A stretch of 64,000 nt of DNA from Candidatus Omnitrophota bacterium. Its GTDB lineage: Bacteria; Omnitrophota; Gorgyraeia; Gygaellales; JBFMHM01. The DNA lies in assembly GCA_040753015.1 (NCBI GenBank), contig JBFMHM010000003.1:83463-147462 (forward strand), written 5' to 3'. Below the pieces are notes generated by a model that did no database searches, was not told the DNA's origin, and worked only from the letters and a program-made list of their open reading frames with translations. The position numbers and the translations under genes were made by a program. Below, in pieces: positions 10,248 through 20,133 of the stretch (within the stretch, counting starts at the first letter, position 1; every line of letters begins with the position of its first letter).

Positions 10248-11126
10248 TTATTTTTTATTACCCTTCTTCTTTAGATTATTATTTTGAAACAATTTTTTTG
10301 GCGGAAGAGGCGCAACAACACTAACCTGTTTCACGCTTTCCCATACTCCCTCACAATCTGTCTTAGGAATAGGATGGCCCATTTCATCATAAATTTCATG
10401 TATAATCCCCCGTACGGCATACGAAGCACCAAGTTGTTCAAATTGATAAGGTGTTCTAAGCTGTAATTCTCCTGTCTGCCCTGGCCTTATATTATTAATC
10501 ATGCCGCGCTCAAGAGAAATTCCTCCAACAGAGATCTCTGCTAAAACACTCACATTGATATCGCTTTCGTTAACAACCTTAAAATCTATCGCATATGATT
10601 GGCCAAAAACAGGCCTATCCGTTGATGCCGACTGATAATTCTTTCTGATATTCACATCCCCGGCTCTAATTTGGCAACGTTCAAAGCTCCTAACAATGAC
10701 GAATTGTCGCATTCTATTATTTGACTTATTATCTTCGTTTAGATGATTATTTGGATCTAAAACTATTTCTACTTCGTGTTTGCCTATCTCTCCAAAACCC
10801 CGAGATAAATTAAAACGCAGTTCTTTTTTTTCGTTCGAAGGTATACCACCCCTCAACATCTTAGACTCTACAAGTCTTCCATTATCATATAATGTAATAG
10901 GCGGCTCTGCCCACTGAGCATCAGCACCATTATTTTTAACTTCTATAACAACATCTACCGGAACCCCAATTTTACAATATTTCAAACTCTCTCCAGCCCC
11001 ATTTTCAACCACTACCTTTACCGACATAACACTCAAGTCATTATTAACCGCACTTACATCGCAACACCAAAACAAAGAAACAACTAACAAGACCAAAAAA
11101 AATGTAGCTCTACGCATATCCATCAC
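10248..11126 (-). CDS. Secreted CARDB-domain protein
   Basis: Signal peptide. CARDB-like pattern VKNNGADAQ...LYDNGRLV...HEVEIVLDPNNHLNEDNKSNN. Confidence 0.45.
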   Translation of the reverse strand: MMDMRRATFFLVLLVVSLFWCCDVSAVNNDLSVMSVKVVVENGAGESLKYCKIGVPVDVVIEVKNNGADAQWAEPPITLYDNGRLVESKMLRGGIPSNEKKELRFNLSRGFGEIGKHEVEIVLDPNNHLNEDNKSNNRMRQFVIVRSFERCQIRAGDVNIRKNYQSASTDRPVFGQSYAIDFKVVNESDINVSVLAEISVGGISLERGMINNIRPGQTGELQLRTPYQFEQLGASYAVRGIIHEIYDEMGHPIPKTDCEGVWESVKQVSVVAPLPPKKLFQNNNLKKKGNKK

Positions 11127-11193
11127 TCCTCCTTTTCTATAATAGGTTTTAATAAATTTTTTTATCTTTACTATCTAACATCGATAATAATCT

Positions 11194-12279
11194 TTAGAAG
11201 AATAGATCTAAATAACATTTTTTATAATCCAAATAATTATTTTTTATCTTTTTTAAAGAATCACGGCCGAATTTATCTAATACCGCTTTTGATAATTCAA
11301 ATGCGAGCATTGCCTCGGCAATCACGCCAGCAGCATATACTGCACAAGTATCAGTACGTTGAATAGTAGCAAGTTTTGCTTTTTTCGTTTTGATATCAAC
11401 TGAAGCAAGAGGTTTTCCTAATGTTGTAATTGGTTTCATGCAACAACGAATAATTAAATTTTCGCCATTCGTCATCCCGCCTTCGAAACCACCTGCATTG
11501 TTAGTATTCCGATAGTAGCCTCTTTGTTTAGAATGAAAAATTGCATCGTGAGATCTTGAACCCGTCTCTTTTGCATAGCCAAACCCAAGCCCAAACTCAA
11601 CTCCCTTAATCCCAGGTATTGACATAAAACTTGCGGCGATACAAGCGTCGAGCTTACGGTCATATTGCACATATGAACCTAAACCACAAGGAACATTTCT
11701 TGCTTCTACTTCGAAAATTCCGCCTAAGGTATCTTTAAGCTTAATAGCGGCCTCTATCTTTTTTTTCATAACTTCTTCAACGGTTGCCCCGCCGATCTCA
11801 ATAACTTTACTCGTAATTGAGATTTTAAACTCGCCTAGAAATGTTTTGCATATTGCACCAACTCCAACTCTAGCCGCGGTCTCTCTTGCTGAAGCACGTT
11901 CAAGCACAGCACGAATATCAGAAAATCCATATTTTAAAATACCCGCTAAATCTGCATGCCCTGGCCGAGGATTTGTAATAGTAGGCAAACTATCAATACT
12001 AAAATCCTTATTTTTTATTAAAAGTGCGATCGGGCTAGCGATTGTAATGCCATGGTATAATCCTGATAAAATTTCAATTTTGTCATTTTCAATCCCCATA
12101 CGTGGCCCACGGCCAAAACCAGTTTGCCGGCGCGTAAGCTCTTTATCAATAAAATCCTTATTAATTTTTAATCCAGCGGGTATACCCTCTAAAATTGCAA
12201 TTAATGATTTACCGTGGGATTCACCAGCAGTCAAAAACCTAAGCATACCTACCTCTTTTCTTCTTCTTTGTTCTAGCAA
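11194..12279 (-). CDS. aroC: Chorismate synthase
   Basis: N-terminal LRFLTAGESHGKSL signature of chorismate synthase; ~360 aa. Confidence 0.85.
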   Translation of the reverse strand: MLEQRRRKEVGMLRFLTAGESHGKSLIAILEGIPAGLKINKDFIDKELTRRQTGFGRGPRMGIENDKIEILSGLYHGITIASPIALLIKNKDFSIDSLPTITNPRPGHADLAGILKYGFSDIRAVLERASARETAARVGVGAICKTFLGEFKISITSKVIEIGGATVEEVMKKKIEAAIKLKDTLGGIFEVEARNVPCGLGSYVQYDRKLDACIAASFMSIPGIKGVEFGLGFGYAKETGSRSHDAIFHSKQRGYYRNTNNAGGFEGGMTNGENLIIRCCMKPITTLGKPLASVDIKTKKAKLATIQRTDTCAVYAAGVIAEAMLAFELSKAVLDKFGRDSLKKIKNNYLDYKKCYLDLFF

Positions 12280-12946
12280 ACACTTTTGGCTTAGAAACTT
12301 TATTATAAAATTCCCTGATAATAGTTAAAACTTCCTTAGGATCATCTACAATATTAAAAAGGTTCAAATCATGCCTATCAATACAACATTCTTTGACCAT
12401 TATATCTTCTAACCAATTCTTTAAACCATTCCAATAATTACTACCAACTAAAATAACAGGAAATTTATTAATTCTTTCTGTCTGAATTAAGGTTAACGCT
12501 TCAAATAGTTCATCTAGAGTCCCAAAACCGCCTGGTAAGATTATAAATGCCTTTGCATATTTAACAAACATTACTTTACGACAGAAAAAATAACGAAAAT
12601 CTAGTAATGTTTTAACAAAGGAGTTCGCTTTCTGTTCATGAGGAATTTGAATATTTAAACCTATGGACTTGCCATTCGCGCGAACAGCGCCTTTATTCGC
12701 CGCTTCCATAATTCCTGGGCCACCGCCGGTAATAACCGCATAACCCTCTTTTGATAAAAGATAGGATATACTTTCTGCCATCTGATAATATTTATTCCCT
12801 GGGCGGGTTCTCGCAGAACCAAATATTGATACAGCTTCGCCAACTCTTGACAATGTTTCAAAACCATCAACAAACTCTGACATTATCCTAAATACGCGCC
12901 AAGGATCTTCTGTAGTAAAATCTTCATTTTTCATCGCATTTTCCAT
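12239..12946 (-). CDS. LOG family protein (cytokinin riboside 5'-monophosphate phosphoribohydrolase-like, TIGR00730)
   Basis: GGGPGIMEAANKGA and PGGFGTLDELFE motifs typical of LOG/lysine-decarboxylase-like Rossmann proteins. Confidence 0.7.
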   Translation of the reverse strand: MENAMKNEDFTTEDPWRVFRIMSEFVDGFETLSRVGEAVSIFGSARTRPGNKYYQMAESISYLLSKEGYAVITGGGPGIMEAANKGAVRANGKSIGLNIQIPHEQKANSFVKTLLDFRYFFCRKVMFVKYAKAFIILPGGFGTLDELFEALTLIQTERINKFPVILVGSNYWNGLKNWLEDIMVKECCIDRHDLNLFNIVDDPKEVLTIIREFYNKVSKPKVFARTKKKKRGRYA

Positions 12947-14241
12947 TTCACACCTATAACCTTTTTAAATATTTCATCTACATTTCTTAAATAATAATCT
13001 AAATTAAAGCAATTTTCTATTTCCTGTTTAGAGATATATTTCATTATTTGCCTATCTTTCAAAAGTTCATTTTTAAAATCTAATGATTCATGCCAACTTT
13101 TTAATGCAATCCTTTGGACTAAATCATAAGCTTTAGGCCGGATCATGCCATTATTCATAAGCGTAACCAAAACTTTTTGCGAAAAAATCAGGCCATGCGT
13201 TTTATTAAGATTAACCAACATATTATTTGGGTAAACAATTAAACCATTTATCACATAGATAAATTTATTAAGCATGTAATCTAAAAGAATAGTTGCATCA
13301 GGAAAACTTACCCTTTCAACTGACGAATGGCTAATATCGCGCTCGTGCCAAAGGTTAATATTTTCTAAAGATGCCTGGGCATAACCTCGCATAAGACGAC
13401 TCATCCCGCATATTCTTTCGCAAATTACAGGATTGCGTTTATGCGGCATTGCCGATGATCCTTTTTGGCCACGGCTAAACGGTTCTTCAACTTCCAAAAC
13501 CTCAGTTCTCTGCAGATGACGAATCTCAAACGCACATCTTTCTAAGCTTGAGGCAATCAATGCAAGCGTATTCAAAAAATTTGCGTGAACATCGCGAAGA
13601 ATTATTTGAGTAGAAATTTTTGCCGGGCGTAATCCTAACTTTTTACAGACATAATCTTCAACTAAAGGCGAAATATTAGAAAATGTACCCACTGCACCGG
13701 ATATTTTACCTACGGAAACTTCATCTCTTATTTTTTTTAGTCTTCCTAAACTGCGAAGTAATTCATCATACATCAAAAGCAGCTTCAACCCAAATGTAGT
13801 TGGTTCAGCATGTATGCCATGAGTACGGCCAATACAAACCATATCTTTATATAAACAAGCTTTTTTCTTTATGATTACAAGAAGTTTCTCTAAATCATTA
13901 ATTAAAATACCGCTGGATTTTTTTAATTGAATACTTAATGCTGTATCAAGAATATCTGAAGAGGTAACTCCTTTATGAATATATTTGGCAAGCGGGCCTA
14001 AGCTTTCTGAAATATTTAATACAAAAGCAACAACATCATGATTAGTTTTGTCTTCAATTTTTCTAATTTTCTCTACATTAATCTTAGCAAGCTTACGAAT
14101 TTTTTCTGCTGCGCTTTTAGAAACTTCGCCAAGCTTGCTTTGAGCCTCAACAATACAAAGCTCAACTTCAAGCATAATCTTAAATCTGGACTCATCTGTC
14201 CAAATTTTGGACATTTCTGGTAAACTATAACGCTCAATCAT
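12931..14241 (-). CDS. purB: Adenylosuccinate lyase
   Basis: N-terminal MIERYSLPEMSKIW and fumarate-lyase family signature; ~436 aa. Confidence 0.85.
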   Translation of the reverse strand: MIERYSLPEMSKIWTDESRFKIMLEVELCIVEAQSKLGEVSKSAAEKIRKLAKINVEKIRKIEDKTNHDVVAFVLNISESLGPLAKYIHKGVTSSDILDTALSIQLKKSSGILINDLEKLLVIIKKKACLYKDMVCIGRTHGIHAEPTTFGLKLLLMYDELLRSLGRLKKIRDEVSVGKISGAVGTFSNISPLVEDYVCKKLGLRPAKISTQIILRDVHANFLNTLALIASSLERCAFEIRHLQRTEVLEVEEPFSRGQKGSSAMPHKRNPVICERICGMSRLMRGYAQASLENINLWHERDISHSSVERVSFPDATILLDYMLNKFIYVINGLIVYPNNMLVNLNKTHGLIFSQKVLVTLMNNGMIRPKAYDLVQRIALKSWHESLDFKNELLKDRQIMKYISKQEIENCFNLDYYLRNVDEIFKKVIGVKWKMR

Positions 14242-14270
14242 ATTTTAATCATAGCAAAAATAGCCAGCCC

Positions 14271-14306
14271 GGTCAACAAAAAACCCCGATTTTTTAGTCG
14301 GGGTTT
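14271..14306 (-). terminator. Rho-independent terminator following tRNA-fMet
   Basis: Perfect 9-bp stem AAACCCCGA/TCGGGGTTT immediately 3' of the tRNA on the minus strand, followed by TTTTGTTGAC. Confidence 0.45.
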
Positions 14307-14309
14307 ATA

Positions 14310-14386
14310 TGGTTGCGGGGGACAGATTTGAACTGTCGGCCTCAAGGTTATGAGCCTTGCGAGCTACCAGACTGCTCCACCCCGCG
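14310..14386 (-). tRNA. Initiator tRNA-fMet (anticodon CAT), CCA encoded
   Basis: The reverse complement reads CGCGGGGTGGAGCAGTCTGGTAGCTCGCAAGGCTCATAACCTTGAGG.CGACAGTTCAAATCTGTCCCCCGCAACCA. This is near-identical in its ends and arms to E. coli tRNA-fMet, and the 1:72 C/A mismatch is typical of initiators. Confidence 0.8.
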
Positions 14387-14439
14387 ATTAATCTAAAATA
14401 ACGATTTAATTATTATAGCCTAAAAAACTACTTTTGCAA

Positions 14440-16004
<1,565 letters not shown>

Positions 16005-16058
16005 TTATAAAATGAATTTGTTACAATAAAAAATTATTATACACGCAATAACATTTAA

Positions 16059-16074
16059 GTCAAATATATTTGAC
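16059..16074. promoter_or_regulatory. Perfect 16-bp palindrome GTCAAATATATTTGAC in the divergent eno/ftsH promoter region
   Basis: Seen directly; centred ~20 bp upstream of the ftsH-like start at 16089. Confidence 0.3.
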
Positions 16075-16088
16075 GCGGGCTTATTTTT

Positions 16089-17789
16089 ATGTTATTCTTC
16101 TCTATTATGACATGGAAGAAGTTCAAATTTCATTTTAAGCAAAACTGGGCAAAAGTAGCGCTAACAATTGGCTTAACTATATTGCTAATAAGCCTTATTA
16201 TTCTTATTGCAAAAGGTATGCGTTCTTGGAACGAAACCGAACCTTATGTGCGCGAAGCCCAGCTTGCCATGATACCCATACAGCTCTACCTACAATTAGT
16301 TATGGCCCTTATCTTTGGCATCGTATACACTTATATGTGGTATTGGCTGATGTTTAAACGCGGAGCTCAAAGCTTTACGCAAGCTGCAAAAAAATCTATT
16401 GCCGGAGCAAGTATCGGAATTAAATGGACTGATGTTATTGGTATGGATGAAGCAAAACAAGAAGCCCTAGAAGTTGTAAAATTAATTACTGACCGCGCAC
16501 AACTACAAAGAATTGGAGGCAAAATTTTAAAGGGCATTCTAATGATGGGGCCTCCCGGATGCGGAAAAACTTATCTTGCAAAAGCAATTGCAACCGAAGC
16601 AAAAATGCCATTTATTTCAATGTCCGGATCTGAATTTGTTGAAATGTTTGTAGGTGTAGGCGCAGGCCGCATCAGAAGTTTATTCAAGAAAGCCCGCCAA
16701 CTTGCTGAACTTGAAGGCGGTTGTATTATTTTTATCGATGAAATTGATGCCGTAGGAGCCCAACGCGCGGCTGATAGAGGTTTTGGCGGGCAAAGTGAAA
16801 CTAATACCACGTTGAATCAGTTGTTAGTGGAAATGGACGGCCTAAAAGAAAAAGATTTAAATATTGTCATCATCGGAGCAACAAACATGCCCGAGTATTT
16901 CCTTGATGCAGCGCTTCTTCGCCCAGGAAGGTTTGACAGAAAAATTTATGTTGATAAACCCAGCCTCGAGGATAGAGAAAAATTATTCGCTTATTATCTT
17001 AAGAATGTAAAATATGACGAAACAGATGTTAAAATTGACCGCCTAGCAAAAATATCTGTAGGAAACAGCCCTGCTGATATCGCAAACATCATCAGAGAAG
17101 CTGCGCTAATTGCTGTACGCAACAGTAAACCAGCAATAACAATGAAAGACATAGATGATGCGCGTGAACGAATTGCCCTTGGCATAAAACGCCGAATAAA
17201 AATAAGCGATAAACAAAAATTACAGACCGCCTATCATGAGGCAGGCCATGCTATAGTAACATATCTTTTAGTACCGACAAAAGATGTGTTTAAAATTACA
17301 ATTACGCCGCGTGGGCACACCGGAGGCGTTACTTGGGTGCCTGAAAAAGAAGAAATTTTAATCGAGGATCAAACGCAACTTCTAAACGATATTAGAATAT
17401 CTCTTGGCTCGTATGCAGCAGAAAAAATTAAGCTCGGGTTTACCACATCCGGTGTGGGAAGCGATTTTGCAAATGCCCTTTATACCGCGCATAATATGGT
17501 TTGGCGTATGGGTATGGGCAAATCTGGAATAATCGGTGATTTCCATGCCCTTGATTTTTATCGGCGTGTTGGCGGACAACCGCTAATGTCTGAGGAAATC
17601 AAAGCACAACTTGACAAAGACACGCAAGATATCATGCAAACATGCCTTAAAGAAGTATCTAGCCTCCTCAAACAAGAAGAACCTCTTCTAGACAGGCTTG
17701 CTAAAGAATTAATTACAAAAGAAGAACTCAATTATGATGAAATTGAAACTATCTTTAAGGAGTTTGGCAAAACTAGGCCTGCTGCTTAA
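16089..17789 (+). CDS. ATP-dependent zinc metalloprotease FtsH-like (AAA+ and peptidase M41), short N-terminal region
   Basis: Walker A GPPGCGKT, SRH region, and zinc site HEAGHA. Two N-terminal TMs with only a short intervening loop. Confidence 0.75.
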   Translation: MLFFSIMTWKKFKFHFKQNWAKVALTIGLTILLISLIILIAKGMRSWNETEPYVREAQLAMIPIQLYLQLVMALIFGIVYTYMWYWLMFKRGAQSFTQAAKKSIAGASIGIKWTDVIGMDEAKQEALEVVKLITDRAQLQRIGGKILKGILMMGPPGCGKTYLAKAIATEAKMPFISMSGSEFVEMFVGVGAGRIRSLFKKARQLAELEGGCIIFIDEIDAVGAQRAADRGFGGQSETNTTLNQLLVEMDGLKEKDLNIVIIGATNMPEYFLDAALLRPGRFDRKIYVDKPSLEDREKLFAYYLKNVKYDETDVKIDRLAKISVGNSPADIANIIREAALIAVRNSKPAITMKDIDDARERIALGIKRRIKISDKQKLQTAYHEAGHAIVTYLLVPTKDVFKITITPRGHTGGVTWVPEKEEILIEDQTQLLNDIRISLGSYAAEKIKLGFTTSGVGSDFANALYTAHNMVWRMGMGKSGIIGDFHALDFYRRVGGQPLMSEEIKAQLDKDTQDIMQTCLKEVSSLLKQEEPLLDRLAKELITKEELNYDEIETIFKEFGKTRPAA

Positions 17790-18630
17790 TCTTTTTTTTA
17801 TCCCCATATTTTTTCTCGGTTGCACAAACAATAAAAATATACCGCAATCAAAGACAGGCATTGACAAAATTATCGTAGATACCTGCAAACAAAAATATAA
17901 TATCGATGTTACAACGAGAATTTCTGGGCAAACGCTTTGGATTTATTTACCACTGGAAGATATCATAGAAAAGGCGCAAAAAGAGGAAAAATTTACCGAA
18001 CGATATTCCGCGGAAAAAATTGACACTGATTTTGCCGAAGAAACAATAAAAATAGATTATTTGATTAGAGATGTCCCGGAGACAGAAAAAACCCACCAGG
18101 TAAGCTACACAAAAGATGCTAAAGATAAAATTAATAGAGTTTGGAAAGTAATTCATAGCGCAATTTTCGATATCAAACACAGCTTTAATGAAGGAATGCA
18201 ATTTTTTTGTTTTGTAATTGCCGATATAAAAAATGGCTTTGAGGTAAAACAAGTTGCTTATGTGCCGGACTTAAAAAAAATATCTTACGGAATTATCTTA
18301 GGTAATGAATTTCAGCATCGTACCGTAACAGAGGACCTTAATATATCATTTGATATTACGGGCGATAAAACCGGAAAACACTTAGAATACCATGATATAA
18401 CCTTAAATGAATTCTTAAGCGGCCAAATTAAACAACGGATAAAACAAAAATTCCAACGCCCAGAAGTTGATAGAAATATTGATATTGACCAAGAGATAAT
18501 AAAAACAACAATTTACGTTTTAAAAGTTTATGACTTCAAAGATTTTTCAGAGGTTGAATTCAATAATTTACTCACCAATAAAAACTCTACCCTTGGCAAG
18601 ACACTTATTTGGAAGGATTTAGTTAGATAA
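17734..18630 (+). CDS. Hypothetical lipoprotein
   Basis: Lipobox-like FFLGC after a hydrophobic N-terminus. The 5' end overlaps ftsH by 56 nt, so the true start may be further downstream. Confidence 0.4.
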   Translation: MMKLKLSLRSLAKLGLLLNLFFIPIFFLGCTNNKNIPQSKTGIDKIIVDTCKQKYNIDVTTRISGQTLWIYLPLEDIIEKAQKEEKFTERYSAEKIDTDFAEETIKIDYLIRDVPETEKTHQVSYTKDAKDKINRVWKVIHSAIFDIKHSFNEGMQFFCFVIADIKNGFEVKQVAYVPDLKKISYGIILGNEFQHRTVTEDLNISFDITGDKTGKHLEYHDITLNEFLSGQIKQRIKQKFQRPEVDRNIDIDQEIIKTTIYVLKVYDFKDFSEVEFNNLLTNKNSTLGKTLIWKDLVR

Positions 18631-18648
18631 AATCTATTGAAAAAATAA

Positions 18649-19455
18649 TCAAAATTTGGGTTTAATGCTATATTTCTCTATAAGCAGCGGAATTGTTTGT
18701 TTGGCATTTACGATCAAATCTGCTTCGGTTTCTTCGAATAAAAATGGCCTAAGCGTTTCAGCTTGTTTTTTTAATTCATCATTAGAAAAATCCTCTATTC
18801 TTTTTATAATGCTATCTAAGGGGTTGGATTTAATCCCTAATGCCCTCAAAACATCAATATTAATTGGATACTTATTGGAAAGCATAAACATAATATCATA
18901 AATATGCCTTGCGCGATTTTTCTTATTTAAAGCATCTATTTTATCCGCAAATAACGCTCCTTTTTCCGTGCATATACAAGGATATAGCTCACCAAAGGCG
19001 GATATAAGTTGGGTGTCTGGCTTTATTTCCCATTTAGGATTATTGGTTTCTACTTTAATAATAATACCTGATTTTTGTGAATATTTAGATATAACATTAT
19101 ATGATTTTTCAATATCAGGAAAAATTAATTTTGAAACATAAATATTATCCCAATGGCCAAATTCCAGCGCTAATTTTATTCCAACGCGTTCTAATTCTAT
19201 TTTTATTTTTTTTAAAATACCCTCGAATAAAACTCTATCCATATTGCTTGCATTAAAATCCAAATCCTCAGAAAATCTCTTTAGATTATGCACCAGTCTT
19301 AAATAAGTTCCGCCGGTGAAAAAAAGCGATTTGGTTTGTTTGTATAATTCCTTTAATACTAGAACCTGTAAATACTCCCTCAAAATTCCTCTAACTTTAC
19401 TAGTAGGCATTTGTCTTACCTTGGCTTGCTCTATTAAAGAATCATAGGTTAGCAT
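18649..19455 (-). CDS. Nucleotidyltransferase AbiEii/AbiGii toxin family (DUF1814) of a type IV toxin-antitoxin system
   Basis: Hallmark motif GGTYLRLVHNLKRFSEDLDF; ~268 aa; overlaps the upstream AbiEi-like gene by 14 nt. Confidence 0.7.
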   Translation of the reverse strand: MLTYDSLIEQAKVRQMPTSKVRGILREYLQVLVLKELYKQTKSLFFTGGTYLRLVHNLKRFSEDLDFNASNMDRVLFEGILKKIKIELERVGIKLALEFGHWDNIYVSKLIFPDIEKSYNVISKYSQKSGIIIKVETNNPKWEIKPDTQLISAFGELYPCICTEKGALFADKIDALNKKNRARHIYDIMFMLSNKYPINIDVLRALGIKSNPLDSIIKRIEDFSNDELKKQAETLRPFLFEETEADLIVNAKQTIPLLIEKYSIKPKF

Positions 19456-20053
19456 AAATCAACTCCTTTAGGTTAAGCTTATAAATTTGCGCGTATTTAT
19501 CCAATTTTTTCTTCTTGAGATTGGAAATAATATCTCTATCAAGCCTCTCTTCTTCAAAATTAAATTTTTTATTGCGATAAGTTTTAAAATATAAATAATC
19601 CACTAATGCTTTTTCCGGTTCAGCAATAAAAATATCAAAGTTTCCCTGTTTTTCTACATAATAACCGCAAAATGCCTCTGGCTTAACTGTACGATAGGTA
19701 AAAAGGCCGTGTTTATTTTTAAATTTACGCGTAGATTTTGTAGTAACAGAAGTTACACTCATAGCAACTTCGGAAATAATACTATAATTAGATAGAGCTG
19801 TCTCTAGAGACACATAAGATGGCGCATACAATCTATTTGCAATATAAAAATCCGGAATATTGAAATCTCTGGGGTAGCTTAATTCGTAACACTCTTTCTT
19901 TAAAGCAGTTAACCAGCCCTTCTCTTTCCATCTAGAAATCATTTTCTTAAGATTGATTTTATTTTCTTTGGGAAAAAATGCTAAAGTATCTTTAAAAGAA
20001 AAAAGGTAATATTTATTTTGCTCCAATTTTCCGTATAAATCATGGAATTTCAT
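19442..20053 (-). CDS. AbiEi-like antitoxin / transcriptional regulator (COG5340 family)
   Basis: YVSLETALSNYSIISE and IAEPEKALVDYLY motifs typical of AbiEi; directly upstream of, and overlapping, the AbiEii gene. Confidence 0.55.
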   Translation of the reverse strand: MKFHDLYGKLEQNKYYLFSFKDTLAFFPKENKINLKKMISRWKEKGWLTALKKECYELSYPRDFNIPDFYIANRLYAPSYVSLETALSNYSIISEVAMSVTSVTTKSTRKFKNKHGLFTYRTVKPEAFCGYYVEKQGNFDIFIAEPEKALVDYLYFKTYRNKKFNFEEERLDRDIISNLKKKKLDKYAQIYKLNLKELIYANL

Positions 20054-20133
20054 TAAGTATACCTTTCTGTCTACCTACGGAAATAAGTATATAATACAAA
20101 TTTCCTTCTGTCAAGTTTATTTTCAAAAAAGTT

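Noticed and set aside
12661-12873. 70-aa ORF in another frame within the LOG-family gene, and 46532-46741 within ptsH
   Set aside because: Embedded alternative-frame ORFs with no independent support.
16089-17789. FtsH ORF as a truncated pseudogene because it is only 566 aa
   Set aside because: Both TM helices, the complete AAA+ module and the HEAGHA M41 site are present. Short-loop FtsH paralogues exist, so it is treated as intact.
17734-17789. Genuine 56-nt overlap between ftsH and the downstream lipoprotein gene
   Set aside because: More likely an over-extended start call; the lipoprotein probably begins further downstream.
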